Virus record (IMG/VR): IMGVR_UViG_3300002460_002270
Strand: one strand, 5' to 3'
DNA from: an uncultured virus (IMG/VR IMGVR_UViG_3300002460_002270)
Lineage: Duplodnaviria > Heunggongvirae > Uroviricota > Caudoviricetes
DNA: 20,000 bases
Below are positions 8,171 to 17,522 of the stretch, one piece after another. Position 1 is the stretch's first letter. Every line of letters begins with the position of its first letter. The notes beneath the pieces are model-generated. The model saw nothing but the letters and a program-made list of their open reading frames with translations. It was not told the DNA's origin and did no database searches. Both the position numbers and the translations under genes were made by a program.

Positions 8171-9177
8171 AGAAGTTCATCGTCACTACATCAATTAATA
8201 GCCCCACTAAGGCTATTGAGAAGTTTGATGCGATGGAAGACTGGCATCTGATTGTGGTCGGTGACCTGAAGACTCCGACTGACTACAAACTCAAGCGGGG
8301 GACATATGTGCCCCCCCGCCAACAGAGCACCCTGGGTTTCAATTGCGTTGAGCAGATTCCATGGAGTGTAATCCAGCGTCGCAACATCGGTTACCTGCTT
8401 GCTCTCCGTGAGGGTGCAGACATCATTGCGACTGTGGATGATGATAATATCCCGCTTCCAAACTGGGGACGTGACATTGAATTTCCGATGCGTGTAGAGC
8501 GACCCTGGTATAAATCTGACCTTGTCGTTGACCCGCTTTACATTCATGAGATCGATCTGAGGGATCGAGCCTATCCAGGTCTGAAGCTTTGGCATCGTGG
8601 ATTTCCTGTGCAGTTGCTTGAAGAGCGTTGGCAGCATGATTTCGTCTCTGGTGGACATAGTGATATTGATGTTGTTGCTGATTTGTGGAATGGTGATCCT
8701 GATGTCGATGCCGTGTGTCGGATCGCTCACGGCCCATTCAATCTTATTTTTGGTGATCGCGAATCGATCATGGAGTCATTTGCTCCCTATAACACCCAGA
8801 ATACATTCTTCTCTCGTCGGGTCGCATCCTGCATGTGCCTGCCCTATGATATCGGTCGGATGGATGACATATGGGCGAGCTACATGACGCAACGTGTAAT
8901 GCGGGAGCTAGATAGTAGAGTGCTTTTCAGAGGTCCGAGCGTGTTTCAGGACAGGAACATTCACGACCTCTCAAATGACCTTGAGAAGGAGTTGATTGGT
9001 TACAGGCATACGATTACATTCCTCCAGAGGCTCAACTCGATTGAGGTAAGGAAGGAAGTATCGATCTTGCAGATGTATGCTGATGTTGTCTGCGGGATTT
9101 ACGGTCTACCATTCATCTCTGAAAAGATGCATAGATTTCAGCGTACCTGGATTGATGATGTAGCGAGGCTCATATGA
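8167..9177 (+). CDS. STELLO/DUF288-like (GT75/RGP-related) glycosyltransferase or mutase
   Basis: FIVTTSINSPT, WHLIVVGDLKTP, RRNIGYLLA..GADIIATVDDDN, RGFP, GDPDVDA, NTQNT and RMDDIWASY are STELLO-type motifs. GTGA overlap. Confidence 0.8.
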   Translation: MKKFIVTTSINSPTKAIEKFDAMEDWHLIVVGDLKTPTDYKLKRGTYVPPRQQSTLGFNCVEQIPWSVIQRRNIGYLLALREGADIIATVDDDNIPLPNWGRDIEFPMRVERPWYKSDLVVDPLYIHEIDLRDRAYPGLKLWHRGFPVQLLEERWQHDFVSGGHSDIDVVADLWNGDPDVDAVCRIAHGPFNLIFGDRESIMESFAPYNTQNTFFSRRVASCMCLPYDIGRMDDIWASYMTQRVMRELDSRVLFRGPSVFQDRNIHDLSNDLEKELIGYRHTITFLQRLNSIEVRKEVSILQMYADVVCGIYGLPFISEKMHRFQRTWIDDVARLI

Positions 9178-10172
9178 AAATCTTAGTGACGGGCGCCGCG
9201 GGCTTCGTCGGGCGCCACATGACAAAGAAGTTGTGTGACCGAGGCGACGACGTTGTCTGTGTCGATAACATGGTGTCTGAGTCTTCGCTCCATCCGAATC
9301 TGTGGATGGATCACCTCAAGCCAACAAAACCGGTCAGGTTCCTCAATGTTGACTGCAGGGCATTTTTTAATGAGAGTTCTGAACAATTCGACATGATTAT
9401 CCATCTAGCAGCTGTCGTAGGCGGCCGTTTAACAATTGAGAATCAACCACTCTCAGTTGCTGAAGACCTCGCGATTGATGCGATGATGTTCAACTGGGCA
9501 GTCAAGACAAATCAGAAGAAGGTCATCTTTCTCAGTTCATCTGCAGCGTACCCGATCCAACATCAGACACGGCAGAGTCATCGTCTCCTCAGTGAGGACC
9601 TGATCGATCTGTCATCAGACGTCATCGGAAAGCCTGATTTGACGTACGGTTGGGCCAAGCTGACTGGTGAGTATCTGGCAAAGCTCGCTTTCGAACGGAA
9701 TGGGTTGCAATCGGTTTGTTTCCGTCCCTTCTCGGGTTACGGAGAGGACCAGCATCTGTCATATCCGTACCCTTCATTGGTTCGAAAAGTCATGAAGAGC
9801 CAGGGGAAGAAGCCCATTGAAGTGTGGGGATCAGGCGATCAGGTCAGGGATTTCATCTACATCGATGATTGCATCGATGCGATCCTTCACATTGCACCCC
9901 AGGTCAATGATGGCCGTGCTGTGAACCTGGGAACGGGTAACCCAATGACATTTGTTGATCTGATTAAGCAGACGCACACCCTATTATGGGAATACGGTGA
10001 GCCAAAGATCACTTGCCTGACCGATAAGCCTGAGGGTGTGTTCTACCGAGCAGCCGACATCCTGCTGATGAAGTCATATGGGTATACACCCACGACGACG
10101 CTTGAGCAGGGACTTAAGAAGACATTAATCGCAAACGGCCTGCGAAAGGAAGACTGTGGGTGTTGGTTATGA
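9174..10172 (+). CDS. NAD-dependent nucleotide-sugar epimerase/dehydratase (extended SDR, GDP-mannose 3,5-epimerase-like)
   Basis: ILVTGAAGFVG, HLAAVVGG, SSSAAYP, YGWAK (YxxxK), VWGSGDQVRDFIYIDD. Confidence 0.92.
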   Translation: MKILVTGAAGFVGRHMTKKLCDRGDDVVCVDNMVSESSLHPNLWMDHLKPTKPVRFLNVDCRAFFNESSEQFDMIIHLAAVVGGRLTIENQPLSVAEDLAIDAMMFNWAVKTNQKKVIFLSSSAAYPIQHQTRQSHRLLSEDLIDLSSDVIGKPDLTYGWAKLTGEYLAKLAFERNGLQSVCFRPFSGYGEDQHLSYPYPSLVRKVMKSQGKKPIEVWGSGDQVRDFIYIDDCIDAILHIAPQVNDGRAVNLGTGNPMTFVDLIKQTHTLLWEYGEPKITCLTDKPEGVFYRAADILLMKSYGYTPTTTLEQGLKKTLIANGLRKEDCGCWL

Positions 10173-10804
10173 CTGTGAAATGGCTCTTACCGCGGTATGA
10201 AGGTGATAAGGATTTCCCATCACCGTATGACCGGGATGGGAAAGTGACGTCTTCAGATGTCTGCTTGCTGAACATTGGATGTGGGCAGAAGCCATTCAAG
10301 GGGTTCAGGAACCTTGATAGTCTTGACATTCCTGGGATTGATTATCCAAAGAAGGACGCTCGTGACCTAAGCTTCTTACCAGAAGAGATGTTCAGCTACA
10401 TCTATGCATGTCATGTGCTTGAGCATATCCCGCGATCAGATACATTTAAGACGATCTGCGAGTGGTATCGCGTCCTGAAGTTTGGTGGTATGATCCGTAT
10501 CTCCGTTCCAGACTGGGATGCGACAGTGATGTACTATCAGCGGACACATGATCTCGAGAACTGTCTAAACTGGATCTACGGTGGTCGTGAAAAGGAGGTG
10601 TTGGATGAATTTACGCATCGACGCATCTTCAACCTTGTTAACATCCGTGCCTTACTTTATGAGGCAGGGTTTAAGCGGATTGAGCTGTATGACCCTAGAG
10701 AGACATTTCATGGCAACATCGATGACTTTAGCTTTGCCCATCGTCCGCACATGGACTTTGATAATGGGATTGCAATGTCATTGAACGTGCAGGCAGTGAA
10801 ATGA
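10169..10804 (+). CDS. SAM-dependent methyltransferase (Methyltransf_11-like)
   Basis: LNIGCGQKPFKGFRNLD, YIYACHVLEH, EWYRVLKFGGMIRISVPD, LYEAGF. Start at ATG 10169 (ATGA overlap). Confidence 0.88.
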   Translation: MTVKWLLPRYEGDKDFPSPYDRDGKVTSSDVCLLNIGCGQKPFKGFRNLDSLDIPGIDYPKKDARDLSFLPEEMFSYIYACHVLEHIPRSDTFKTICEWYRVLKFGGMIRISVPDWDATVMYYQRTHDLENCLNWIYGGREKEVLDEFTHRRIFNLVNIRALLYEAGFKRIELYDPRETFHGNIDDFSFAHRPHMDFDNGIAMSLNVQAVK

Positions 10805-11682
10805 TGGACAAGCCATTTGTGACGTACCACGTTAATACGTTCAACAGGCTGTCGCTGCTGCGAAATCTGTTGCTTAGCTTTGAGCTGCACAACGTGTATG
10901 ATAGGTTTGAATGGGTCATCACTGACTACGGATCTACTGACGGAACACGTGATTTCTTATATGAGCACATGAGCACGCATCCCTATGTCTCAGTTCTGTT
11001 CTCTAGGGAATGCACATACTTTCAAGCGCTGTCATACAAGGAGCTAGCGCCTAAGTCAAAGAGATTTAGATCACATGCCATGTTCGGTCTGGCACGCAAT
11101 GTCGCGCGCGCTGTAGGCAGGGGTGACGTGTTCATAGACATAGCAGATGATCATCAGTTTGTTAGGACAGGCGATTGGGTGTCTGAGATGTTGGGTGTAA
11201 TTCAGCAATGCGCTAATGTCTCCAGCGTAATCTATCGTGGGATGTGGCATAATCGTCTGATGAAGTCCAATAACGAACGTGAACCTGTTGTTACGACTGA
11301 AAGTGACGTGTCATACTATGTTGCAAGACATAAGGGTTATGATGATTATCATCTTATGACACGTGTGATGTATGAACGCATCGGTCCCTATCTAGAGATA
11401 GAAAGAGAGACAGACTCTCAGAGGCTACGGGACTGGAGAGATGAGAGAGAGACGTTTGACCACTACCGTGACTACCTCTGGCGTGCTGACGCCCTTGGGT
11501 TGAAGAAAGCGTTTCTTAAGTATCCGTATGTTGTTGACTTTCCTAACGGATACAAGGCTTCTGAAACGCAGCCGATGATGACGATAGTCCCTTCTTTTAC
11601 GTTACATGAGATGGAGCAGCTCTTTGGACATCTTGACAGACCAGTTTCTTCAAACGAGCTGATAGAACGAAGAGCGTTATGA
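10801..11682 (+). CDS. GT2-family glycosyltransferase
   Basis: VNTFNR, VITDYGSTDGT, GLARN, IADDHQF. ATGA overlap. Confidence 0.8.
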   Translation: MMDKPFVTYHVNTFNRLSLLRNLLLSFELHNVYDRFEWVITDYGSTDGTRDFLYEHMSTHPYVSVLFSRECTYFQALSYKELAPKSKRFRSHAMFGLARNVARAVGRGDVFIDIADDHQFVRTGDWVSEMLGVIQQCANVSSVIYRGMWHNRLMKSNNEREPVVTTESDVSYYVARHKGYDDYHLMTRVMYERIGPYLEIERETDSQRLRDWRDERETFDHYRDYLWRADALGLKKAFLKYPYVVDFPNGYKASETQPMMTIVPSFTLHEMEQLFGHLDRPVSSNELIERRAL

Positions 11683-12740
11683 AAATAGCGTTTTTGATGG
11701 ATAAAGCCCAAACGTTTCAGGCGCTAGCAGCTGTGCTGTTTGAGGCCTCACTCCGTGGGCACGATTGTGTTGTCTACTCTACGTGTAAGCGTCCTGAGCT
11801 TCAGTGCATCGACGGCTTTGAGAATGTGGTGTGGCGCCAGTTTGACGATCGACAGGGTGTCAGAGCTTCATTTTTAAGTGAACGAAAAAGACATGATGCG
11901 GTTCTGGGCATCAACCTGTTTAATAGTATTTGGAGCTCTATCTATGAGGGTGCACCAGCAAATACATATGCTGTTGAGTATTGCTGGAATGAGATATATA
12001 ACTGTCGCAAAATTGTTAGCGATGCAACGCTCTTTGCAAACTCTGACTGGAGCTTGCAGGCTATTCGTCGTTTGAGTGGCTACGATAACGTCATGTCTAT
12101 TGGTAGTCCATGGTTTGATCTAATCAGCACGTTTAAAAGCATTGACAATTCTGAATATATCGTTTTCATGGCACCACATAATAGTTTTTATAGCAGGTAT
12201 TCTAACTTTAAGCATGTTGTAGAACAATTTCTTAAATATCTTGACATGTATTGTCATGAGTCTGGTCTACAGCTCATCCTTAAGACGCGTGAGAAGTATA
12301 CGGTAGATCACGCCGAGGGAGCGAAGTTTCAAGCAGTGCTTTCAGATGAAAATCCGTTTGATCATTTGATGCTTTATGCACATGCAGCATGTGTTGTGAA
12401 CTTTTGTTCATCGGCTATTAATGAGCTTGCATTCCTTGATGTGCCATCAGTGTGTGTGTTTCCTGAGCTGCATCGCGTGCTGCACCAAGGAGAGCGTCCG
12501 CAGCCTGGAATTGAGCTAATAAATGAGCGGTACTACGCAGGTCCAGCTGTTGATGGTGTGCATTGTTCAGCAGTTTTGTCGGATGGGTTTTCGTTTGAGT
12601 CTGTATCAGATAGCATAGAGACAGTGCTGTCATCAAAGAAGGATTGGTCGTCGTACCAGGCGATGCATTTTCCAGGTGACCATAGTAGCGCACGAAAGAA
12701 TGTCATGGATGTGATTGAAGATGGATCATGCACACAATGA
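11679..12740 (+). CDS. Putative GT-B fold transferase (candidate nonulosonate/ulosonate transferase)
   Basis: Two-domain pattern with SIGSPWFD linker, LILKTR and VVNFCSSAINELAFLDVPSV, typical of GT-B C-terminal S(S/T)xxxE.....P motifs in CMP-sugar/CDP-polyol transferases. Substrate inferred from context only. Confidence 0.55.
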   Translation: MKIAFLMDKAQTFQALAAVLFEASLRGHDCVVYSTCKRPELQCIDGFENVVWRQFDDRQGVRASFLSERKRHDAVLGINLFNSIWSSIYEGAPANTYAVEYCWNEIYNCRKIVSDATLFANSDWSLQAIRRLSGYDNVMSIGSPWFDLISTFKSIDNSEYIVFMAPHNSFYSRYSNFKHVVEQFLKYLDMYCHESGLQLILKTREKYTVDHAEGAKFQAVLSDENPFDHLMLYAHAACVVNFCSSAINELAFLDVPSVCVFPELHRVLHQGERPQPGIELINERYYAGPAVDGVHCSAVLSDGFSFESVSDSIETVLSSKKDWSSYQAMHFPGDHSSARKNVMDVIEDGSCTQ

Positions 12741-13746
12741 ATTGCAGCTTAGGACGAATGAGCTATTAAACTGGCTATTGCATTCTAGGTCAAATCAGTT
12801 GTTCTGTGAGCCTCGATACGTTCAAGACATGCTTGTTGCTAATGTTAGGGCATCTAATGCTGCGCTACCAGTGCTCGCGCTGGAGGAGTCGCAGTTAAGC
12901 TGTGCAGACATACAGGTCATGGGACTTGATACGTCTGGCATAAGATGCGAGTATGCCAATGCGTTATCTGACCTTCAACAGGTTGTTGAATCCATACGTG
13001 AGCTTGTCTGTGATTTTATAGTTGTGGGTAGCCTAGCTACAGCAGACTATGTCATGGGTTGGAGCGATCTTGATATAATAGTGATTATCAAAGATAATGC
13101 TTTGGTGTCATTGTCTAGCTTTCTAAAGCTTCGAAATAGTTGTCTTCTTATAGAAAATGAGATAATTCCACGCGTTGATAAGCTGCAACATCATGGTGTG
13201 CAGTGCATGCTAGAGTCTGATCTTAAGATGTATCCTGACATATTCTATCCTCATGAGCTATTCATAGACGGAGCGTCACTTCTTCATGAAAAGAATGTCA
13301 TGAGGTTTATGGTTCGTGACTCATCTCAGGAGCAGGTGATGCGACTAAAGAGCATTCATGACGTCTTCAAGGATGCAGCTATTGACGGCGCGTTAATGCA
13401 TCATGGACTGCGCGGAGTGTTCCTGAAAGAAAGGTATGTGAATGCCGATGATAACATGTATCAGTTTAAGTATATGTTGTCTGTCATCATGTTGTTACCC
13501 ACATTATGGATGAATGCACGTGGCATGAACTGTAGAAAGGGTGATTCATTTGAGCTTGTTAGGCCATATATCACGCCTGAAACATGGAAGATAGTCGAAC
13601 AGGCTTCAGAAGTTAGACGTATATGGAAAGAGTTTCCAGTAATGTCAAACGAGATACCCAAGTGGGTTCAGGATGTCGTGCCAAACGATTATCTTGAACG
13701 TGCATTTTGTTTTGTTGATGAGTTATGGAATAGACTGTATGATTGA
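12721..13746 (+). CDS. Pol-beta superfamily nucleotidyltransferase domain protein
   Basis: IVVGSLATADYVMGWSDLDIIVII (hGS...SDxDh), followed by a probably helical C-terminal region. Start at ATG 12721 (or TTG 12715). Confidence 0.75.
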   Translation: MDHAHNELQLRTNELLNWLLHSRSNQLFCEPRYVQDMLVANVRASNAALPVLALEESQLSCADIQVMGLDTSGIRCEYANALSDLQQVVESIRELVCDFIVVGSLATADYVMGWSDLDIIVIIKDNALVSLSSFLKLRNSCLLIENEIIPRVDKLQHHGVQCMLESDLKMYPDIFYPHELFIDGASLLHEKNVMRFMVRDSSQEQVMRLKSIHDVFKDAAIDGALMHHGLRGVFLKERYVNADDNMYQFKYMLSVIMLLPTLWMNARGMNCRKGDSFELVRPYITPETWKIVEQASEVRRIWKEFPVMSNEIPKWVQDVVPNDYLERAFCFVDELWNRLYD

Positions 13747-14599
13747 GCAGTATTATGATGCGATCAGTGAGTTCTGCAGCGACAACCCTGGGCTGCAAAT
13801 CTACATGGCGGGCTCTATCTCTCATCCAGGGATATCTGATCTAGATTTCTTAACGTTGGATGAACAGCCCGTCATAAGCGACAATATTAAGCGTTTTCTC
13901 ATGGGTGGAAATGTGATAGTGTATCCACGTGAGTTTTTTCAACGCATCAATGAGATTGAGAAGTTTGATCTGCAGCTATTACAAGGTGATGAGATTCAAG
14001 CGTTGCCAGCTATCGATGCATTTGATGAGGTTGAGATATTGGAGTGGTTACCTGAGAGAATCTGTCTGCTTGAAAGTCTAGATTTAGTGACGCATGACAC
14101 CTCAGACGAAAGAAGACGCACACTGTTATACCTAAAGTCTGTCGATAGAAGTATTTCAAACGTTGAGAAGTATACGAACTATAGTATCTCTAGGCCTAGC
14201 ATCGATGATGTGAGGCTTAATCATGAGATGCTTAACCTTAATGAGACAGTGCGTCTGTTTATCTTCGCGGCGAATGAGGCTTGGTCATGCTTTGAACGTG
14301 AGTTCAGAGGCTTGGTGGGAGACATCTGCGGAACGGTAAACATATCAAGCCACTATACTTTCAATGATAGGTTCAAATGTCTGATGCTATATCTGAAACT
14401 ATTATCGTCAGTTTCATGCGAGCTGACAGAGAAGCTAAATGAACGCGTATCATTAGATGGAAGCATAGAGTATGTTGAACCTGCGTTCCTTGACTTCGTT
14501 GTTAGACGCTGGCATCTGTTAAATGATGTTTTTCTGTGGCATAGAACGAGAGGTCATGTATCGGGTATGATTAAGTATGGGTGGTTCCTGCTGTCCTGA
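13739..14599 (+). CDS. Second Pol-beta superfamily nucleotidyltransferase domain protein
   Basis: IYMAGSISHPGISDLDFL near the N-terminus. Start placed at ATG 13739 (8-nt overlap with the upstream gene). Confidence 0.72.
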   Translation: MIEQYYDAISEFCSDNPGLQIYMAGSISHPGISDLDFLTLDEQPVISDNIKRFLMGGNVIVYPREFFQRINEIEKFDLQLLQGDEIQALPAIDAFDEVEILEWLPERICLLESLDLVTHDTSDERRRTLLYLKSVDRSISNVEKYTNYSISRPSIDDVRLNHEMLNLNETVRLFIFAANEAWSCFEREFRGLVGDICGTVNISSHYTFNDRFKCLMLYLKLLSSVSCELTEKLNERVSLDGSIEYVEPAFLDFVVRRWHLLNDVFLWHRTRGHVSGMIKYGWFLLS

Positions 14600-15725
14600 A
14601 GTTCGTGTCGTACACTGCATCGATACAGAAGGGCCCATCGGTGGCGATGTTCGAAGAAATCCAGATGGGACTAGGGAATTTTTAGATAATTGGGTTGATA
14701 TATCATTAACGCTTAAAGAGTTAACGTCTGATACTTTTCGTCTTGAAAATAGTGATTCTTTTGGTGGACGTTATAAGTTTAATTGGTTCATAATGGATTT
14801 CATGGGATTTAAGACGAATCCTAAAAATCGTGTACAGAAATATAACGACACATATGATAACATCAAGTCATTGAATATTAGAGATGATTCATTTCATTGG
14901 CACTATCATCATCCTCCTGCATCTGGTGTGGGTGACCAGTGGAGCAATGATTGGGATTCATCACGTGCATGGGAGCAGATACTAGGGCACAGAATCATAC
15001 ATAGAGGTGATTTTCCCGAAGCGTTCCGTGCTGGTGGTACGATAGAGGACATTAAGTGTTCTCAATGGCTTGAAGACAACATTATGATTGACTATTCGAA
15101 CCGCTCGTTTCGAGGTTCGATGCCGACAGATGACATCTTTGACTTTAATTGGCACGGCGCTCCTACCAGCTGGGGATACTACCGCCCGCACAGTGATGAT
15201 ATCACATGCGTGGGCGACATGCGTAGGTACATCGTTAGATGTACTGACCTGAGGTCAAGGCTCTATAGCCTCTCGTACGACGATGTGTATGAAGCGTTCT
15301 GCTATGCGAAGTATACAAGAAGACCGTTGATACTGTCGTACTTTAGCCACGACCATCGCGACATGAGGGATGAGACGAGGCACGCGATAAGCCTGATCAA
15401 GCGTGCCTCGTCTAGGTCTGGTGTTCCATACAGATGGGATGATGCTAAACGAGCGCTTCAAGCATCTGCTGGGCTTAGTGAGACGAAGCTAAGTGTTTTC
15501 ACGGAAGCTGTCGGATCTAACATACGATTTCGATTCAGCGGGAAGATATTCCAGAAGGAACCATTCGTCTACGTGCTTGACAGCGAAGATGAGGTAATCA
15601 GATGTAATACATTTCACGTCGGTGGGCTGTGTTATGACGTAGGGTTACCAAGGGATACAAAAAAAGTAGGCGTTGCAGCGACCAGCGTCACAGGTGACAA
15701 GGTCGTCAGTGTGTTAGACCTGTGA
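14577..15725 (+). CDS. Hypothetical protein, polysaccharide deacetylase/CE4-like barrel
   Basis: VVHCIDTEGP, FNWFI, HWHYHHP, AFRAGG and YFSHDH resemble the DxE / HxH / FRAG / H motifs of NodB-like metallo-hydrolases. The C-terminus is beta-rich. Confidence 0.5.
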   Translation: MGGSCCPEVRVVHCIDTEGPIGGDVRRNPDGTREFLDNWVDISLTLKELTSDTFRLENSDSFGGRYKFNWFIMDFMGFKTNPKNRVQKYNDTYDNIKSLNIRDDSFHWHYHHPPASGVGDQWSNDWDSSRAWEQILGHRIIHRGDFPEAFRAGGTIEDIKCSQWLEDNIMIDYSNRSFRGSMPTDDIFDFNWHGAPTSWGYYRPHSDDITCVGDMRRYIVRCTDLRSRLYSLSYDDVYEAFCYAKYTRRPLILSYFSHDHRDMRDETRHAISLIKRASSRSGVPYRWDDAKRALQASAGLSETKLSVFTEAVGSNIRFRFSGKIFQKEPFVYVLDSEDEVIRCNTFHVGGLCYDVGLPRDTKKVGVAATSVTGDKVVSVLDL

Positions 15726-16876
15726 CAGCGATGAGTGTCATGTGTGTCATCCCTGCACGTGGGGGTAGCAAGAGATTACCTAAAAAGAACATCCGTTTCA
15801 TTGCAGGAAAACGGATGTTACAGTGGTCAATCGAGGCATGTCTAAAGAGCAAGTATGTTGATAGGATGAACCTATGGGTGTCAACAGAAGACGCGATGAT
15901 AAAGTCGCTTGCCTGCAGCCTAGGTGTGAATGTGATTGATAGACCTCAACAGCTAGCTGAAGACAGTGTCTGGACGCAGGATGTCCTCAAGCATGCCGTC
16001 AAGAACGTGTGCGGTGACGCCCTACCAGACGTTCTCGTACGGGTCCAGGCAAACTCACCCCAGATAACAGGCGCTAAGATTGATGAATGCATTGATAAGT
16101 TACTTGAGAATGAGTTGTATGAAGTGTTCACTGTGAACCAAGACGGACTGGAGGATGCAGCGATACATGTGATGCGTGGGCGCTGTGTCTATCAGGATGC
16201 CCTTAGCGTCTACAAGGGTGTTGTTGTAACTGATTATGTTGACATGCACGATCGAGATGACGAGGATAGGGTGAGAAACATGCTTGAGACGGAAGGCTTA
16301 CATCAATCGTTCATTCAAGAAGGGTTTCATCAGATAGAGCTACAGATGAAAGAGTTTCTGCGGTCACGTCATAAGCCACAATATAATCTTTGGCATTGGG
16401 CGATGTCAGTCCCTATCGTTGATGAGAGGTGGTTGAAAGTTGTTTCTACTGATCGTAGGTTTTATGATGCGCTGCTAAACCGTGAAGTAAAAAGCGTTTT
16501 AGATGTAGGATGTGGTTTCTGCATGTATTGGCCCTTTCTTAGGGCTCTCGGTGTTGAGCGCATTGTGGGCATAGACCTATTTGATATGGGCTTAGACCCT
16601 CCTCAAGAGTACTTTAAGACAGCGAAAGCATTGGTTAATGAGTTTTGTGCGCCTGAGCTGCACGCAGATGGGTTCTCGTCAGACGTGATACAACATGATG
16701 TGAACACAGACAACGCTGTTCCTATGATTAGTGACAGCAATGAGCGATTTGATGCTTCCATCTCAATGGCGACACAATGTCAGAAGCCCTGGGTCAGAAG
16801 CATCAATAATGATTCACTGGCAAGGCTGTTAGATAGGCATGTGAAGCATGATGGAACAAGGGTCATCATCGGTTAA
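15722..16876 (+). CDS. neuA: CMP-nonulosonate synthetase (cytidylyltransferase) fused to a C-terminal SAM methyltransferase domain
   Basis: CVIPARGGSKRLPKKNI, VSTED, IDRP..LA, QANSP, VDMHDRDD (CTP_transf_3). Then VLDVGCG and IVGIDL (SAM motifs) in the same frame. Start could be 15722, 15731 or 15740. Confidence 0.85.
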   Translation: MTAMSVMCVIPARGGSKRLPKKNIRFIAGKRMLQWSIEACLKSKYVDRMNLWVSTEDAMIKSLACSLGVNVIDRPQQLAEDSVWTQDVLKHAVKNVCGDALPDVLVRVQANSPQITGAKIDECIDKLLENELYEVFTVNQDGLEDAAIHVMRGRCVYQDALSVYKGVVVTDYVDMHDRDDEDRVRNMLETEGLHQSFIQEGFHQIELQMKEFLRSRHKPQYNLWHWAMSVPIVDERWLKVVSTDRRFYDALLNREVKSVLDVGCGFCMYWPFLRALGVERIVGIDLFDMGLDPPQEYFKTAKALVNEFCAPELHADGFSSDVIQHDVNTDNAVPMISDSNERFDASISMATQCQKPWVRSINNDSLARLLDRHVKHDGTRVIIG

Positions 16877-17522
16877 GCCAAAGATTAGCATGATTATCAC
16901 ATGCTATAATCTTGAGGAATATATCACGCGTGCAATATCGAGCTGTCTAAACCAGACGCTTGATGAATGTTTTTGTGAGGTTGTTGTCGTTGATGACTGC
17001 TCGACTGATGGTTCATGGAAGCAGATCCAGGGATTCGGAAGCTTGATAACGTCAGTCAGGCTTGAGACAAACGGTGGCGTTTCATGCTCTTCAAACGTGG
17101 GAATCCATCTATCAAGAGGAAAGTACATAACACGTGTTGACGGAGACGACTTTATCAACAGAAATTTTGCACATTCAATGTGTGAGGTCTTAGACTGGAA
17201 TGATGATGTAGGGTTTGTGTATTGCGATCATATCAGGGTTGACGAAGAGGGCCAGCGTCAGGTTGAGATAAACACTCTCGATAGGTTGTTAGACCATGGT
17301 GCTGGAGTTGTCTTTAGGCGTCGGTACATGGATGCATTAGGTCTGTATGATGAATCATTGCGGAATAGAGAAGACTATGACTTCATTTCTCGCTACATAA
17401 AGAATTTTGATGGCTATCATCTGAAGCTACCCTATTATCGTTACTTTAAGCGTGCGGGCAGCCTCTCAACGATGGTCGATGAACGCCTAAGGCTTAAGGA
17501 AAAGATAGATGAACGAGCATGA
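16848..17522 (+). CDS. GT2-family glycosyltransferase (SpsA-like)
   Basis: ISMIITCYN, VVVVDDCSTDGS, NGGVS..SNVG, RVDGDD, GLYDE...EDYDF. Confidence 0.92.
   Translation: MMEQGSSSVKPKISMIITCYNLEEYITRAISSCLNQTLDECFCEVVVVDDCSTDGSWKQIQGFGSLITSVRLETNGGVSCSSNVGIHLSRGKYITRVDGDDFINRNFAHSMCEVLDWNDDVGFVYCDHIRVDEEGQRQVEINTLDRLLDHGAGVVFRRRYMDALGLYDESLRNREDYDFISRYIKNFDGYHLKLPYYRYFKRAGSLSTMVDERLRLKEKIDERA

Noticed and set aside
8311..8317. C7 homopolymer as a phase-variation tract in the STELLO-like gene
   Set aside because: Short, in frame and single, so it is compatible with chance.
11395..11453. GA-rich low-complexity stretch
   Set aside because: It simply encodes EIERETDSQRLRDWRDERET within the GT2 gene and has no regular repeat unit.
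12721..14599. CBASS/CD-NTase or MNT-HEPN toxin-antitoxin reading of the two nucleotidyltransferases
   Set aside because: No effector, Cap2/Cap3 or clear HEPN partner is adjacent, and both genes are coupled into the glycan operon. Not fully excluded without structure searches.
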